A stretch of 64,000 nt of DNA. Source: an uncultured Bdellovibrionales bacterium. GTDB taxonomy: Bacteria > Patescibacteriota > Minisyncoccia > Moranbacterales > UBA9337. How positions within the stretch are numbered: position 1 is the stretch's first letter; every line of letters begins with the position of its first letter. The notes below the pieces were generated by a model. The model was not told the origin of the DNA. It searched no databases and saw nothing but the letters and a program-made list of their open reading frames with translations. The DNA lies in the NCBI GenBank assembly GCA_964605525.1, contig CAZSCV010000004.1:38667-102666 (forward strand), read 5' to 3'. The translations under genes and the position numbers were made by a program. Positions 40,113 through 50,471 of the stretch are shown here, piece by piece.

Positions 40113-40793
40113 CTAGTTTATTGTAAGGGTTGATATTATTTTTTTTACTAGGTCATTGTTATTTTTAATGTCCCATTTCATTTCAATATTTTTAGTAAAA
40201 TAAGATACATAACTGTCAGTCTCTACTTTAATATAATTATTATTACTTTCAATATTGCACTTATTAGGAGCTTCTGAAATAGTCGGGCCTGAAACATGTT
40301 TTAATGTATCACCGCTACATTCCCCTGAAGAAATTTTTCCAATGTTGCTAGAAAAGTATTGCCAGTTAGATTGAGCAAGTTTTTCCCAAAATGTTCCTGG
40401 CGTTCCTTCCTTGATAATATAACCTCTCCATTCTGTAAGCCTTATGTGGATTATATTACTTGAATTTTCTTTTATAAAATACTCGCCAGTTGTTGTAGAT
40501 GTTTCATTTGCTTCTACGGAATATTGACTGGGATGTTTGAATTTAAAATTATGCTTATTGTTTTGATAAATTTTCCAATTTTCGATTGGCCCTGATATTG
40601 GCAGGTTATTTTCTTGATTATTTCTGGCTTCTTGAATTTCCCTGTTTTGATTTTGTTGAGGAATTATATCTGGCGTTTTAGATATAATTTGTTCGTTGCT
40701 TTTCTCATATTTCCAAATCAATACACTAACCGTAATTGCAATAATTACAATCACAGCTATCCCCACCCCGGTAGGAATTTTTTTATTATCCAT
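40113..40793 (-). CDS. hypothetical membrane-anchored protein
   Basis: N-terminal TM, Asn/Gln-rich linker. Confidence 0.45.
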   Translation of the reverse strand: MDNKKIPTGVGIAVIVIIAITVSVLIWKYEKSNEQIISKTPDIIPQQNQNREIQEARNNQENNLPISGPIENWKIYQNNKHNFKFKHPSQYSVEANETSTTTGEYFIKENSSNIIHIRLTEWRGYIIKEGTPGTFWEKLAQSNWQYFSSNIGKISSGECSGDTLKHVSGPTISEAPNKCNIESNNNYIKVETDSYVSYFTKNIEMKWDIKNNNDLVKKIISTLTIN

Positions 40794-41020
40794 TTTTTAT
40801 TTTAAGTTAAATGATTACTAAATATATTATGGCAAATAATATCAAGACTGTAAATTAGACAAAAATCATTCGTCATTTTTTCTAGTGATCGTATAAGCCC
40901 GAAAAATTAAATAATTTTTGAAGAAAAAATTATACCCTCTTAATACTTCTCGGCTATTCCATTTAATTAAAACCGCCCAGATTAAAATAAAAACAATGAG
41001 ATATTATTTTTCCTGCCTTT

Positions 41021-41956
41021 TCAAATCAATAAGCTTTCAAAATCCTCCGGAATTGGAGCGGTAAAAAGATAATCCTTTCCGAAAAGTTCCAGCTTTATCT
41101 CTTTGGCGTGAAGCATTTGCCGCAATGCCGAAGGAAATTCCGGCGTGGCAAATATCTTCTTTCGATACAGCCTGTCCCCAATCAAAGGATGGCCAATAGA
41201 GAAAAGATGAATCCGAATCTGGTGCATTCGCCCGGTTTTCGGTCGCGCTTCCACCAAAGAATAATTTTCAAACTCTTGCACAACCTCATAATCAGTTATT
41301 GCTGTCCTTATTTTTGTTTTCGTTTTTTTGCTGGCAATAACTTGTCTTCTGTAAGTTGATGACCTGGCAATATCCGCATCAATCGTTCCCTTCTTTTTTT
41401 CCAATTTTCCAAAAACCAAAGCCAGATATTTTTTTTCAATTTCATGCTTGGAAAATTTCTCTTTCAATGCTTCAAAAGCTTTTTGATTGCGAGCAACTAT
41501 TATTACTCCGGATGTATCCTTGTCCAAGCGATGAACAATGCCGGGACGCAAGAAGGAATCCACTGCCCCATCTCCAATATCTGTCAGTTCAGGATATTTT
41601 GCTAAAAGCCCCCCAACCAAAGTATCATTCTCATCTTCCCCGCTATCTGGATGAATTTTGATTCCAGCTCGCTTATTCACGGCGATAATATTCTCATCCT
41701 CAAAAATAATCTCCAATTTGATATTCGGAGTGGCTTTTGTCTTTTTATTTTTCTGAGCAACATCCACAGACACCACATCTCCTTCCTTCAAAACATATCC
41801 GGATTTCACAATTGCCCCATTTACTTTCACATCACCCTTTTTGATTGCACGCGAAAAATCCGCCCGAGAAAATTCCGGATCAATTTTCAAATTGACAAGC
41901 GCCTTGTCAATTCTCTTTCCTGATTGATCTCTTTCAATTTCAAATTCTTTCTTCAT
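41021..41956 (-). CDS. RluA-family pseudouridine synthase (RluD-like) with S4 domain
   Basis: S4 segment (RIDKAL…), catalytic HRLDKDTSGVIIVARN motif. Confidence 0.85.
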   Translation of the reverse strand: MKKEFEIERDQSGKRIDKALVNLKIDPEFSRADFSRAIKKGDVKVNGAIVKSGYVLKEGDVVSVDVAQKNKKTKATPNIKLEIIFEDENIIAVNKRAGIKIHPDSGEDENDTLVGGLLAKYPELTDIGDGAVDSFLRPGIVHRLDKDTSGVIIVARNQKAFEALKEKFSKHEIEKKYLALVFGKLEKKKGTIDADIARSSTYRRQVIASKKTKTKIRTAITDYEVVQEFENYSLVEARPKTGRMHQIRIHLFSIGHPLIGDRLYRKKIFATPEFPSALRQMLHAKEIKLELFGKDYLFTAPIPEDFESLLI

Positions 41957-42007
41957 AAGCTCATCCTACGCTACCCACACAGCAAATGCAACCAATCCAA
42001 CAAATAC

Positions 42008-42034
42008 TTGACAAACTCCTTTTTTACCTATACT
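42008..42034 (+). promoter_or_regulatory. candidate sigma70 promoter for rpsA (TTGACA … TATACT)
   Basis: ttgaca 42008-13, tatact 42029-34, 15-nt spacer. Confidence 0.25.
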
Positions 42035-42194
42035 CTTATTTATAGAAATAATTATTAAGAAAATTGAATATCGGGATGATTTAATCCCTTTGGTTTTCTT
42101 GATAATTTCCCTTATTTTTAACGGGAAATTTTTGTTTTATGCGCTTTTAATATTTAAATGGCAAAGTGGCGCGATTGCCAAAACATTCAATAAA

Positions 42195-43505
42195 ATGGCT
42201 AAAAAGAATATTTTGGACAAATTGGCGGAAGAAGTGGACAAAATCAAAACCACCACCAAGCCAAAAGCAAGCAAAGAAGAAAAAGAACAGGAGGAGAAAA
42301 AACCGGCTAAAAAATCAATTTCTTCCAAAAAAGCGGAAGATGTTGAAGCAGAAGATTTATCTCCTATGGGAAAACTTCTTGCGGAAAATCCGATTGAAAT
42401 TCCCGAACTCGGAGACACATTAGAAGGAATCGTTATTGAGGCATCATCCAGTTTGGTTCTTTTGGACTTGGGAGCGTTGGGAACCGGAATCGTTCTCGGA
42501 AAAGAATCCCGCGACGGAATGGGCGCTTCTCGAAAACTCAAACCCGGGGACACAATTGCCGCAACCATAATTGATCTTGAAAACGAAGACGGATATATTG
42601 AACTTTCCATCCGGGAAGCTTCCCATGAAAAATCCTGGGATGATCTTGAATCAAAAAGTGATACCGAGGAAGTTGTCAAAACAAAAATCCTGGATGCCAA
42701 TAAAGGAGGGCTTATGGTGGAACTCAATGGAGTCAAGGGATTTTTGCCAGTTTCACAGCTTTCCAGCGAACATTATCCCCGCGTTGAAGATGGGAACAAA
42801 AACCGCATCCTCGAACTTCTCAAGGCTTACGTTGGTCAAGAATTTTCCGTCAAAATAATCGACACTAATCGTGAAGATGAAAAATTGATTGTCAGTGAAA
42901 AAGCCGCGATGAGCGAAAAAGAGAGAGAGGTTATTTCCGAACTCAAAATTGATGACATTGTCGAAGGAGAAATCAGCGGAGTTGTCGATTTCGGAGCCTT
43001 CATCAAATTCCTTCCGGAAAGCAAGGCTGGCAGCAAGAAAGACAGCGACAAACTTGAAGGCTTGGTTCATATTTCCGAATTGGCTTGGCAGCTTATCAAT
43101 AATCCAAGAGAAGTAGTCAAGGTTGGAGATAAAGTAAAAGCTAAGATCATCGGAATTGACGATACTAGAATCTCTCTCTCTATTAGAGCATTGGAAAAAG
43201 ATCCTTGGGGGGAAGCCGCTGGAAAATACAAAGTCGGCGAAACATACAAAGGAAAAGTTGACAAAATCAACCACTTTGGAGCCTTCGTTTATTTAGATGA
43301 CAATATTCACGGCTTGGCTCACATCAGTGAATTCCAAGAAACCCACCCGGGAAAGAAAATGGAAAATGCCATCAAAATTGGCAATAGCTATAGCTGGAAA
43401 ATTCTTTCCATTGAACCAAAAAACCACCGCATGGGACTAATCCTAATGGACGGAAAAGAAGGTGAAAGTAAGAAGGAAGCAAAAGAAGAAAAAGAAGCTG
43501 AGTAA
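42195..43505 (+). CDS. rpsA: 30S ribosomal protein S1 (short, multiple S1 domains)
   Basis: Repeated S1 OB-fold motifs; start at ATG 42195 (MAKKNILDKL…); KE-rich N- and C-termini. Confidence 0.8.
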   Translation: MAKKNILDKLAEEVDKIKTTTKPKASKEEKEQEEKKPAKKSISSKKAEDVEAEDLSPMGKLLAENPIEIPELGDTLEGIVIEASSSLVLLDLGALGTGIVLGKESRDGMGASRKLKPGDTIAATIIDLENEDGYIELSIREASHEKSWDDLESKSDTEEVVKTKILDANKGGLMVELNGVKGFLPVSQLSSEHYPRVEDGNKNRILELLKAYVGQEFSVKIIDTNREDEKLIVSEKAAMSEKEREVISELKIDDIVEGEISGVVDFGAFIKFLPESKAGSKKDSDKLEGLVHISELAWQLINNPREVVKVGDKVKAKIIGIDDTRISLSIRALEKDPWGEAAGKYKVGETYKGKVDKINHFGAFVYLDDNIHGLAHISEFQETHPGKKMENAIKIGNSYSWKILSIEPKNHRMGLILMDGKEGESKKEAKEEKEAE

Positions 43506-43522
43506 AATGAAAAACGCAATAA

Positions 43523-43548
43523 AAGCAGGCTTTGGCCTGCTTTTATTG
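43523..43548. terminator. rho-independent terminator
   Basis: agcaggc-tttg-gcctgct followed by tttattgc. Confidence 0.55.
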
Positions 43549-43596
43549 CTATAAATATATTTGCAAGAAACGTCTTTTTCTGCTTATTTGAAAATT

Positions 43597-43884
43597 CTAC
43601 TGAGTAATCCTGTCTTCCATTTTCGCGGATATTATTTCAATGAGTCTTCTGTCATATCCGGATTCGGCTAATTTTTTAATCTCTTCTTCATTAAGTCCGA
43701 CAAACCCTCTTTCGCCGCCACTCATTATTTCTCTTATTTCTTCCGCCAGCTCGTGCCCTGATTCAATCATTTCATCCGCTCTTTTCTGCATTCTCTCCTC
43801 TTGAAGTTCCTGATGATTGCTGTTATTTTCTTTTCCTTGCGCCCCATACTCCGGACCAGAAACAATGTTCATATTTACTGGCAT
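43597..43884 (-). CDS. hypothetical acidic protein (95 aa)
   Basis: No family recognised. Confidence 0.4.
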   Translation of the reverse strand: MPVNMNIVSGPEYGAQGKENNSNHQELQEERMQKRADEMIESGHELAEEIREIMSGGERGFVGLNEEEIKKLAESGYDRRLIEIISAKMEDRITQ

Positions 43885-43961
43885 ACGTTTTTTGTTATAA
43901 TTAGTTTATTATATTTTTATTATACAATATACATCACATTTAAGTAAATTAAAATAAATTT

Positions 43962-44519
43962 ATGATCATTACAATCACCGGAGAACCCGGATCGGGAAAA
44001 AGCACTGTCGGGAAAAAATTAGCAGAAAAACTTGAATATGAAAGGATATACATGGGGCAAATTTATCGAGATACTGCAAAGAAAAGAAACATGACCGTGG
44101 CAGAATTCTCCAAATATACACAAAATCACCCAGAAACTGACTTTGAAATCGACGAATATCAAAAAAAACTTGGTCAAGAAAAAGACAATTTTATTATCGA
44201 AGGGCGCACTAGCTGGTTTCTGATTCCTCATTCAGTTAAACTTTACATCACAGTAGCGCCACTAACCGGAGCACAGAGAGTGCACAAAGAACTACAAGGA
44301 CAGAATGATAGAAATGAAGATAGGAAGATAGACACAGTAGAAGATATATTAGACAGTCACAAAAGAAGAATGACAAATGACAAATCACGTTACCTAAAAT
44401 ATTATCAAAAGGATTGTTTTGATAAGAAAAACTTCGATTTTGTTATTGATACCACTGATTTAACTCCGGATGAAGTTTTTCAAAAAACTTGGGAATATAT
44501 TGAAAGCAAATTGCAATAG
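43962..44519 (+). CDS. cmk: cytidylate kinase
   Basis: P-loop ITITGEPGSGKSTVGKKLAEKL; 185 aa. Confidence 0.75.
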   Translation: MIITITGEPGSGKSTVGKKLAEKLEYERIYMGQIYRDTAKKRNMTVAEFSKYTQNHPETDFEIDEYQKKLGQEKDNFIIEGRTSWFLIPHSVKLYITVAPLTGAQRVHKELQGQNDRNEDRKIDTVEDILDSHKRRMTNDKSRYLKYYQKDCFDKKNFDFVIDTTDLTPDEVFQKTWEYIESKLQ

Positions 44520-44590
44520 AAAAATTATACGTATTCAAATAAAAATGCACCGTCTTTCCGAGAAATAATGAATTTAATACTCAGAAAAGA

Positions 44591-45562
44591 ATGATCAAAA
44601 ATATTCAAAACTTTGCTTTCCGAAAACAGCTTTGGAAAGAGGGCGACAAAATTATTGTTGCCGTTTCAGGTGGACCGGATAGCGTCTGCCTTTTGGATAT
44701 GCTTGCGTTTTTGGCTCCAAAATGCAACTTAAAATTGCATATCGCCCATATCAATTACGGTCTGCGGGGAAAAGACAGCGACAGCGATGAAGAATATGTC
44801 CGCCAGCTGGCAAAAAAATATTCCCTCCCGATCAGCGTTCTTAACGCCAAGAAAAATTCCCCGGCAAAAAAGGGAGAAAATCTGGAAAACAAACTCAGAA
44901 ACATTCGCTACGCTTTCTTTGAAAAAATCAGAAAACAAAAAAAATTTGATCTGATTGCCGTCGCCCACAATCAAGACGACTTGGCAGAAACCGTCCTAAT
45001 GCGCGTTTTGCGCGGTAGCGGATTGCAAGGGCTTTCTGCCATCTCCGCTAAAAATAAGCATATTATCCGCCCCCTACTGGCGACATCACGCAAAGAAATT
45101 GAAACATATTTGAAAGAAAAAAAAATCTATTATCGTATAGACAAGACCAACGCGGATATTGCTTTTTTTCGCAATAAAATTCGCCATCGCCTGATTCCAT
45201 ATTTGGAAAAAAATTTCAAAATATCCGTCAAAAAAAATCTCTCCACACTGGCGGAAACAGTTTCCGATGATTTTGAATACATTCAAAATTCCGCCCTCAA
45301 AGCAAGCGAAGGAATAACCGCCGGAAATTCCAAAAAAATTACAATTAAAATCTCTTCCCTACTTTCAATTCCCCTCTCTCTGCAAAGGCAAGTGCTTCGC
45401 GGAGTTATTACAGAGTTATCCGGATTGAAAAACATTGAGCTGGGAAATATCCAAGAGCTTCTCAAGATTGCTAACAGTAAAAAAAACAAACTTCAACAGG
45501 CAAGTTTCGGGGGGTTGAAAATCCAGCGGAAAGGTGATAGACTAACTTTGATAAAAATATAA
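44591..45562 (+). CDS. tilS: tRNA(Ile)-lysidine synthetase
   Basis: PP-loop IIVAVSGGPDSVCLL; tilS-ftsH neighbourhood. Confidence 0.85.
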   Translation: MIKNIQNFAFRKQLWKEGDKIIVAVSGGPDSVCLLDMLAFLAPKCNLKLHIAHINYGLRGKDSDSDEEYVRQLAKKYSLPISVLNAKKNSPAKKGENLENKLRNIRYAFFEKIRKQKKFDLIAVAHNQDDLAETVLMRVLRGSGLQGLSAISAKNKHIIRPLLATSRKEIETYLKEKKIYYRIDKTNADIAFFRNKIRHRLIPYLEKNFKISVKKNLSTLAETVSDDFEYIQNSALKASEGITAGNSKKITIKISSLLSIPLSLQRQVLRGVITELSGLKNIELGNIQELLKIANSKKNKLQQASFGGLKIQRKGDRLTLIKI

Positions 45563-45582
45563 TTTATACTAAAAAATAAAAC

Positions 45583-47424
45583 ATGGACAAATTAACCAAA
45601 AATATCGGAATTATAATCATAATTTTTTTAGCTGTTTTCGGAATATCAATTCTTTTCAACTCTCCTGCCCAAAAGCCGGCGGAAATTTCCCTTAGTGAAT
45701 TGGCCAGCCAAATTAATAGCGGAAAAGTATCCTCAATAGCGGTAAAAAACAATACGCTTGAAATCGAACTTACGGACAAAACAAAAGAAAAGGCGGTTAA
45801 AGAAACTGACTCTTCGTTAACAGAATCGCTTGTTAATTACGGAGTTTCAACGGAAAAACTGCAGAATATAAAATTAGAAGTAAAAACAGACTCCGCCGCT
45901 TCTTCCTGGGCGGCCGCCATTCTTCCTTTTCTCTTGCCTTTCATTCTCATCGGCGCTTTCCTTTGGTTTATGATGCGCCAAGCGCAAAGAGGAAACTCAC
46001 AAGCTCTTTCTTTCGGCACCAGCCGAGCTCGCATGATTGATCCAAAAGACAAAAAAAATCGAATTACTTTTGCCGACGTCGCCGGAGCGCAGGAAGCGAA
46101 AGAAGAACTGATGGAAATTGTCGAATTTCTCAAGCACCCGAAAAAATTTCTGGAAATGGGAGCAAAAATTCCCAAAGGTGTTCTTTTGCTTGGTTCCCCC
46201 GGAACAGGAAAAACATTAATGTCCCGTGCTGTTGCCGGTGAGGCGCAAGTTCCATTTTTCAACATCAGCGGAAGCGAATTTGTGGAAATGTTTGTTGGAG
46301 TTGGCGCCAGCCGTGTTCGCGATCTTTTCAAACAAGCCAAGAAAAATGCGCCTTCCATTGTCTTTATTGATGAAATTGACGCTGTTGGACGGCATCGCGG
46401 AGCCGGACTTGGCGGAGGTCATGATGAACGAGAGCAAACTCTTAATCAAATACTAGTTGAAATGGACGGATTTGAAAACAATACCAGCGTGATTGTTATT
46501 GCCGCCACTAACCGTCCGGATGTTCTTGATCCTGCCTTGCTTCGTCCCGGACGCTTCGATCGCCGGGTAACAATGGATCTTCCTGATATAAAAGAAAGAG
46601 GGGCTATTTTGAGGATACACAGCAAAGGAAAACCTTTTGAAAGCGATGTCGATTTGAAAATTATCGCCCAAAGAACTCCCGGTTTTTCCGGAGCTGATTT
46701 GGCAAATCTTCTCAATGAAGCCGCTATTTTAACCACCAGGAGAAACAAAAAAATGATTAGCAATCAAGAATTGCGAGAATCAATCGAGAAAGTAATGCTT
46801 GGACCAGAAAGAAGAAGCCGGGCAATCAATAAAAAAGAGCAAGAAATTATTGCTTATCATGAAGCCGGCCACGCTTTGATTGCTTCTAGCTTGGAAAATG
46901 CCGACCCGGTACAAAAAATCTCCATCATTTCCCGCGGACGAGCCGGCGGATACACCATGTCTGTTCCGCAGGAAGACAAAAGATTGGAAAGCCGCGCGCA
47001 TTTCATTGATGAACTGGCGACGCTTTTGGGTGGATATGTAAGCGAAAAAATTACGCTTGGCGATATTACCACTGGAGCTTCCAATGATTTGGAAAGAGCT
47101 ACTCATCTTGCTCGCAATATGGTAACGCGATATGGAATGAGCGATTTGGGAGCGCGCACCTTTGGAAAAAAAGAGGAAATGATTTTCCTTGGACGGGAAA
47201 TGAGCGAAGAAAAAGATTATTCAGAAAGAACCGCGGACCAAATCGACAAAGAAGTTTCCAGATTAATTGAAGATGCCCGCCAAACAGCAGAGAATATTTT
47301 GATCAAAAGAAAAGATATTCTCAAAAAAATCGCCGATGAACTGCTTGAAAAAGAAACAATCGAAAAAGAAGAATACGACAAATTGATCGGAATAAAAGAA
47401 GAAAATCAAGAGGAAAAAGAATAA
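45583..47424 (+). CDS. ftsH: ATP-dependent zinc metalloprotease FtsH
   Basis: Two N-terminal TMs, AAA+ Walker [20 protein letters not shown] zinc motif. Confidence 0.95.
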   Translation: MDKLTKNIGIIIIIFLAVFGISILFNSPAQKPAEISLSELASQINSGKVSSIAVKNNTLEIELTDKTKEKAVKETDSSLTESLVNYGVSTEKLQNIKLEVKTDSAASSWAAAILPFLLPFILIGAFLWFMMRQAQRGNSQALSFGTSRARMIDPKDKKNRITFADVAGAQEAKEELMEIVEFLKHPKKFLEMGAKIPKGVLLLGSPGTGKTLMSRAVAGEAQVPFFNISGSEFVEMFVGVGASRVRDLFKQAKKNAPSIVFIDEIDAVGRHRGAGLGGGHDEREQTLNQILVEMDGFENNTSVIVIAATNRPDVLDPALLRPGRFDRRVTMDLPDIKERGAILRIHSKGKPFESDVDLKIIAQRTPGFSGADLANLLNEAAILTTRRNKKMISNQELRESIEKVMLGPERRSRAINKKEQEIIAYHEAGHALIASSLENADPVQKISIISRGRAGGYTMSVPQEDKRLESRAHFIDELATLLGGYVSEKITLGDITTGASNDLERATHLARNMVTRYGMSDLGARTFGKKEEMIFLGREMSEEKDYSERTADQIDKEVSRLIEDARQTAENILIKRKDILKKIADELLEKETIEKEEYDKLIGIKEENQEEKE

Positions 47425-47450
47425 AAAAACAAGGAAAAACATCTAGTCCA

Positions 47451-47595
47451 GGGTAAAACACCAAAATATTTTTCTTACACTGTCTTTGTGCGATCAGGAC
47501 AAATTCTTCTCGCCCCAACTAATCGACGATTTAAAATAAATCTACAATAATTCCAAAAGGGACACTTGGAAGAAAAATATTTTGGTGTTTTACCC
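47451..47595. repeat. 145-bp element bounded by 26-bp perfect inverted repeats (MITE-like or large hairpin), 10 bp upstream of tRNA-Val
   Basis: Left arm gggtaaaacaccaaaatatttttctt (47451-76); right arm aagaaaaatattttggtgttttaccc (47570-95). Confidence 0.5.
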
Positions 47596-47605
47596 GATAT
47601 CAAAA

Positions 47606-47679
47606 GGACGATTAGCTCAGCTGGTTAGAGCGTTGCATTGACATTGCAGAGGTCACTGGTTCGAGTCCAGTATCGTCCA
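47606..47679 (+). tRNA. tRNA-Val (GAC)
   Basis: ggacgat-ta-gctcagctggttagagc…ttGACat…cactggttcgagtccagt-atcgtcc-a. Confidence 0.85.
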
Positions 47680-47688
47680 CAAGAAAAA

Positions 47689-47724
47689 AGCCCGCAGTGA
47701 TTTCTCACTCGCGGGCTTTTTTTA
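47689..47724 (+). terminator. rho-independent terminator after tRNA-Val
   Basis: gcccgcagtga-tttc-tcactcgcgggc followed by ttttttta. Confidence 0.7.
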
Positions 47725-47732
47725 TTTCCTTA

Positions 47733-47768
47733 AGTCTTTATGTCTTATGTCTTATGTCCTTATGTCTG
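47733..47768. repeat. microsatellite (cttatgt/ctttatgt)x4
   Basis: Direct tandem heptamer-like units just past the stop of 47771..48232. Confidence 0.4.
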
Positions 47769-47770
47769 AA

Positions 47771-48232
47771 TTATTGCAATCGATCGCATACACCATCACT
47801 ATTGACATCGACAAATGCTTGTCCGCAACCTGTTCCATTCCCCCTGCCTTTTCCATCTCTCATCCCTTGTCCTTGTCCGGCGCCAACACCTTGTCCATCT
47901 CGAGTTCGCAGACCAAGTTCAGTGCGAATCTGATCAGCTTCGGCGAATTTTCCCTCTTCTGCCAAGCGATGCGCTTCGGCGAATTTTGCAAAATTTTGTT
48001 CGTTAACAACATTCATTACCCGACCCTGGAATTGATTTTGTTCCATCAATTTTTTCCATGCCTGATAATCATTGTTCTTAAATGCCTCCTCCATTGCATT
48101 GTGTCTTTCTTGGGAATAATTCGGTCCTTTTTGGGAATAATCCCCCCGATAAGCCTGGGAAACTGAGTAAGCTCCCGCTAAAATTACGGCCACCAGTACA
48201 GATGTTCCGATGATAAGTTTTTGATTACTCAT
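47771..48232 (-). CDS. small secreted hypothetical protein with Gly-rich C-terminus
   Basis: Signal peptide MSNQKLIIGTSVLVAVILAGAYSVSQA. Confidence 0.45.
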   Translation of the reverse strand: MSNQKLIIGTSVLVAVILAGAYSVSQAYRGDYSQKGPNYSQERHNAMEEAFKNNDYQAWKKLMEQNQFQGRVMNVVNEQNFAKFAEAHRLAEEGKFAEADQIRTELGLRTRDGQGVGAGQGQGMRDGKGRGNGTGCGQAFVDVNSDGVCDRLQ

Positions 48233-48327
48233 TGAGTTGCGATTTTAAATTTAATTATTATTTTTGTGAAAACGCGTTTTTCACTCACGAATTATATTAC
48301 GCCGAGTGCTTTTTTTTATTTCACAAA

Positions 48328-49104
48328 TCAATCATCCAATCCCTCGATCTCATCCTCTATCTGCATCATTTTTTGCGGAATTGGAGGTTTCCTGTCTTCA
48401 TATACCCCAATCCAAGGACGCACTTCTTTCCCATAAAAAATATGTTTTTCCTCATCTTCCGTTTCGCCCAAAACTTTTACTTGAGCGCCTTCTTCCTGAA
48501 TAATCCTCGGACGCCACAAAATATCATCTCCTTTTATTATCCAAACATTTCCATCAAAACCTTCAATTTCAAAATTATCTTTGCTTTCCAAAAAAATAAT
48601 CGTTCCGGCAATCAGCCCTATTTCCGGACGGCTCCAAACTTTCGCCCGGTATTCATCACTTCTTCCGTAATATGGAATTGAACGGGAAATACTTTTTTCA
48701 ACTTTCTCACTTAATCCTATTTGATAAAAAAGAACACCCAACGCAAGACTGAGGACAATACTAGCTCCGATGATGGCGCAAGGATTGGTGCGATATCCTT
48801 TTTTTGTGTGGCGGTAATTGTAAAATGACAAAAAAGAAACCCCCACCAGGGCGACTATCCAAAAAAATGGCAAGCTCATTGCCAGATATTCGGAAAAGTT
48901 TTCCCCGATTCGAGGATAAATATCCCAATCGCTGTTTATTAAAACAAATGCGGTACTTCCCACGGCAATTCCTCCAATAATAACGACTACGCCAAAAGAA
49001 ATCCAAACCAAATAATCTTTAACCAAAAACTTCCATTTCGGATCAGGGGTTATTTTTTCTTTCTTAATTTGTTCCAGCACCTTTCCGCTTATTTTTCCTT
49101 CCAT
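48328..49104 (-). CDS. hypothetical polytopic membrane protein (candidate anti-sigma partner of the adjacent ECF sigma)
   Basis: Lies directly downstream of the ECF sigma gene on the same strand; call rests on position only. Confidence 0.35.
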   Translation of the reverse strand: MEGKISGKVLEQIKKEKITPDPKWKFLVKDYLVWISFGVVVIIGGIAVGSTAFVLINSDWDIYPRIGENFSEYLAMSLPFFWIVALVGVSFLSFYNYRHTKKGYRTNPCAIIGASIVLSLALGVLFYQIGLSEKVEKSISRSIPYYGRSDEYRAKVWSRPEIGLIAGTIIFLESKDNFEIEGFDGNVWIIKGDDILWRPRIIQEEGAQVKVLGETEDEEKHIFYGKEVRPWIGVYEDRKPPIPQKMMQIEDEIEGLDD

Positions 49105-49225
49105 TTTTTTACTTTTTAGGACTTACGCATTTAGATAATTTCGTATGGTTTTCCAAAAAAATATTTTTCCGGAAAACCGGGATTCTGATTATTTAATCGC
49201 GTGAGTCCTAACTTTTAACAAAAAA

Positions 49226-49828
49226 TTATACATCAATATTTTCTTTTTCAACAATATCCCGAAATTGTTTTTTCGCCCGTCGAATCAAAGTTCCCACTGT
49301 TCCCATCGGTTTTTTCAAAATATCTGAAATTTCCTGATAATCCTTATCTTCAATAAACTTCAAGACCAAAACTTCCCGATATTTTTCATCCATATTTTGA
49401 AGTATTTTTTCCACTTGCTTGGAATCAAATTTCTTTTCTAAATCCTTTGCCATATCTTCATCGCTGGAAACTATTTTCACCAATTCCTGAGCTTCTTCCG
49501 AGCGCACCATTTGCGGGCGACTCTTGGTCTTCCGCCAACTGCTGATTGTCTTATTATGTGCAATACGATAAATCCAAGAAGAAAATTTCAAGCCTTGGTC
49601 AAAATCATTCAAGTTCCGATAAACCGCCACGAAAATTTCCTGCAACAAATCTTCCACATCCTCTTTTGAAGAAGCGGAGATTCTTCGAATGTAGCGGGAC
49701 AATTTTTCTTCATATCTTTCAACTAAGCATTCATAAAAATCCTGGTTTTCCAAAGCAAGTAAAACAAGTTCTTCATCGGTTTTGTTTTCGCATTTTTCTC
49801 TGATCATAAATAGGTGCGGGTTAGTCAA
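49226..49828 (-). CDS. ECF-type sigma-70 factor
   Basis: Region 2 (LLQEIFVAVYRNLNDFDQGLKFSSWIYRIAHNKTIS) and region 4 (YQEISDILKKPMGTVGTLIRRAKKQF); start may be the Met at 49807. Confidence 0.75.
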   Translation of the reverse strand: MTNPHLFMIREKCENKTDEELVLLALENQDFYECLVERYEEKLSRYIRRISASSKEDVEDLLQEIFVAVYRNLNDFDQGLKFSSWIYRIAHNKTISSWRKTKSRPQMVRSEEAQELVKIVSSDEDMAKDLEKKFDSKQVEKILQNMDEKYREVLVLKFIEDKDYQEISDILKKPMGTVGTLIRRAKKQFRDIVEKENIDV

Positions 49829-49876
49829 AAAACTCAGACAAACTTATTCATAGTACGCATCAAAATAATATTTATT

Positions 49877-50362
49877 TCAAGAATTTAAAATGAAAATTGC
49901 GTAATTTAGATACGCGGCGAAGGTTGTCCAGGCGAGATATGGAACCAAAAGCCAAGCGGATTTTTTCTCCACTCTGGCAAAAGCAATGATGTTAAGAAAG
50001 ATCGCAATCCACAGTATTCCGATTTCCCGCAAAGCCAGCATCGGATTTTCCATGGCGAAAAACAGAACCGACCAAATGATATTGAAAAGCAGTTGCACAA
50101 AAAATATCCAAACCGCCCAAAAAATATCCCTTCCCGTCTCCTGCTTCCTCCAGACCTGATACAGCGCGATTCCCATCAGAACATACAAAACAGTCCATAC
50201 TGGGGCAAAAACCCAGCCTGGAGGGGTAATGGGTGGCACAGAAAGCGCTTGGTACCAAGTCGAGACGGAAGTGTTGGTGAAAATTGAACCCAAAAATCCG
50301 GCAAAAAGCGGAATGGCAATTGAAATGGCAAGTTTTGTTTTGTTCATTTTTGTTTTGTTCAT
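49877..50362 (-). CDS. TspO/MBR family tryptophan-rich sensory protein
   Basis: Five TM helices; WYQALSVPPITPPGWVFAPVWTVLY motif. 15-bp duplication at the start gives MNKTKMNKTK. Confidence 0.75.
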   Translation of the reverse strand: MNKTKMNKTKLAISIAIPLFAGFLGSIFTNTSVSTWYQALSVPPITPPGWVFAPVWTVLYVLMGIALYQVWRKQETGRDIFWAVWIFFVQLLFNIIWSVLFFAMENPMLALREIGILWIAIFLNIIAFARVEKKSAWLLVPYLAWTTFAAYLNYAIFILNS

Positions 50363-50471
50363 TTTTTACTTTTTCATTCTACCATTTCCCCTAAATTTTA
50401 TCCACGCTATGCAATTTTTTTATTTTCCCCGATAAAAAAACGGGGTGCAAATTCTGCACACCCCGCATCAA

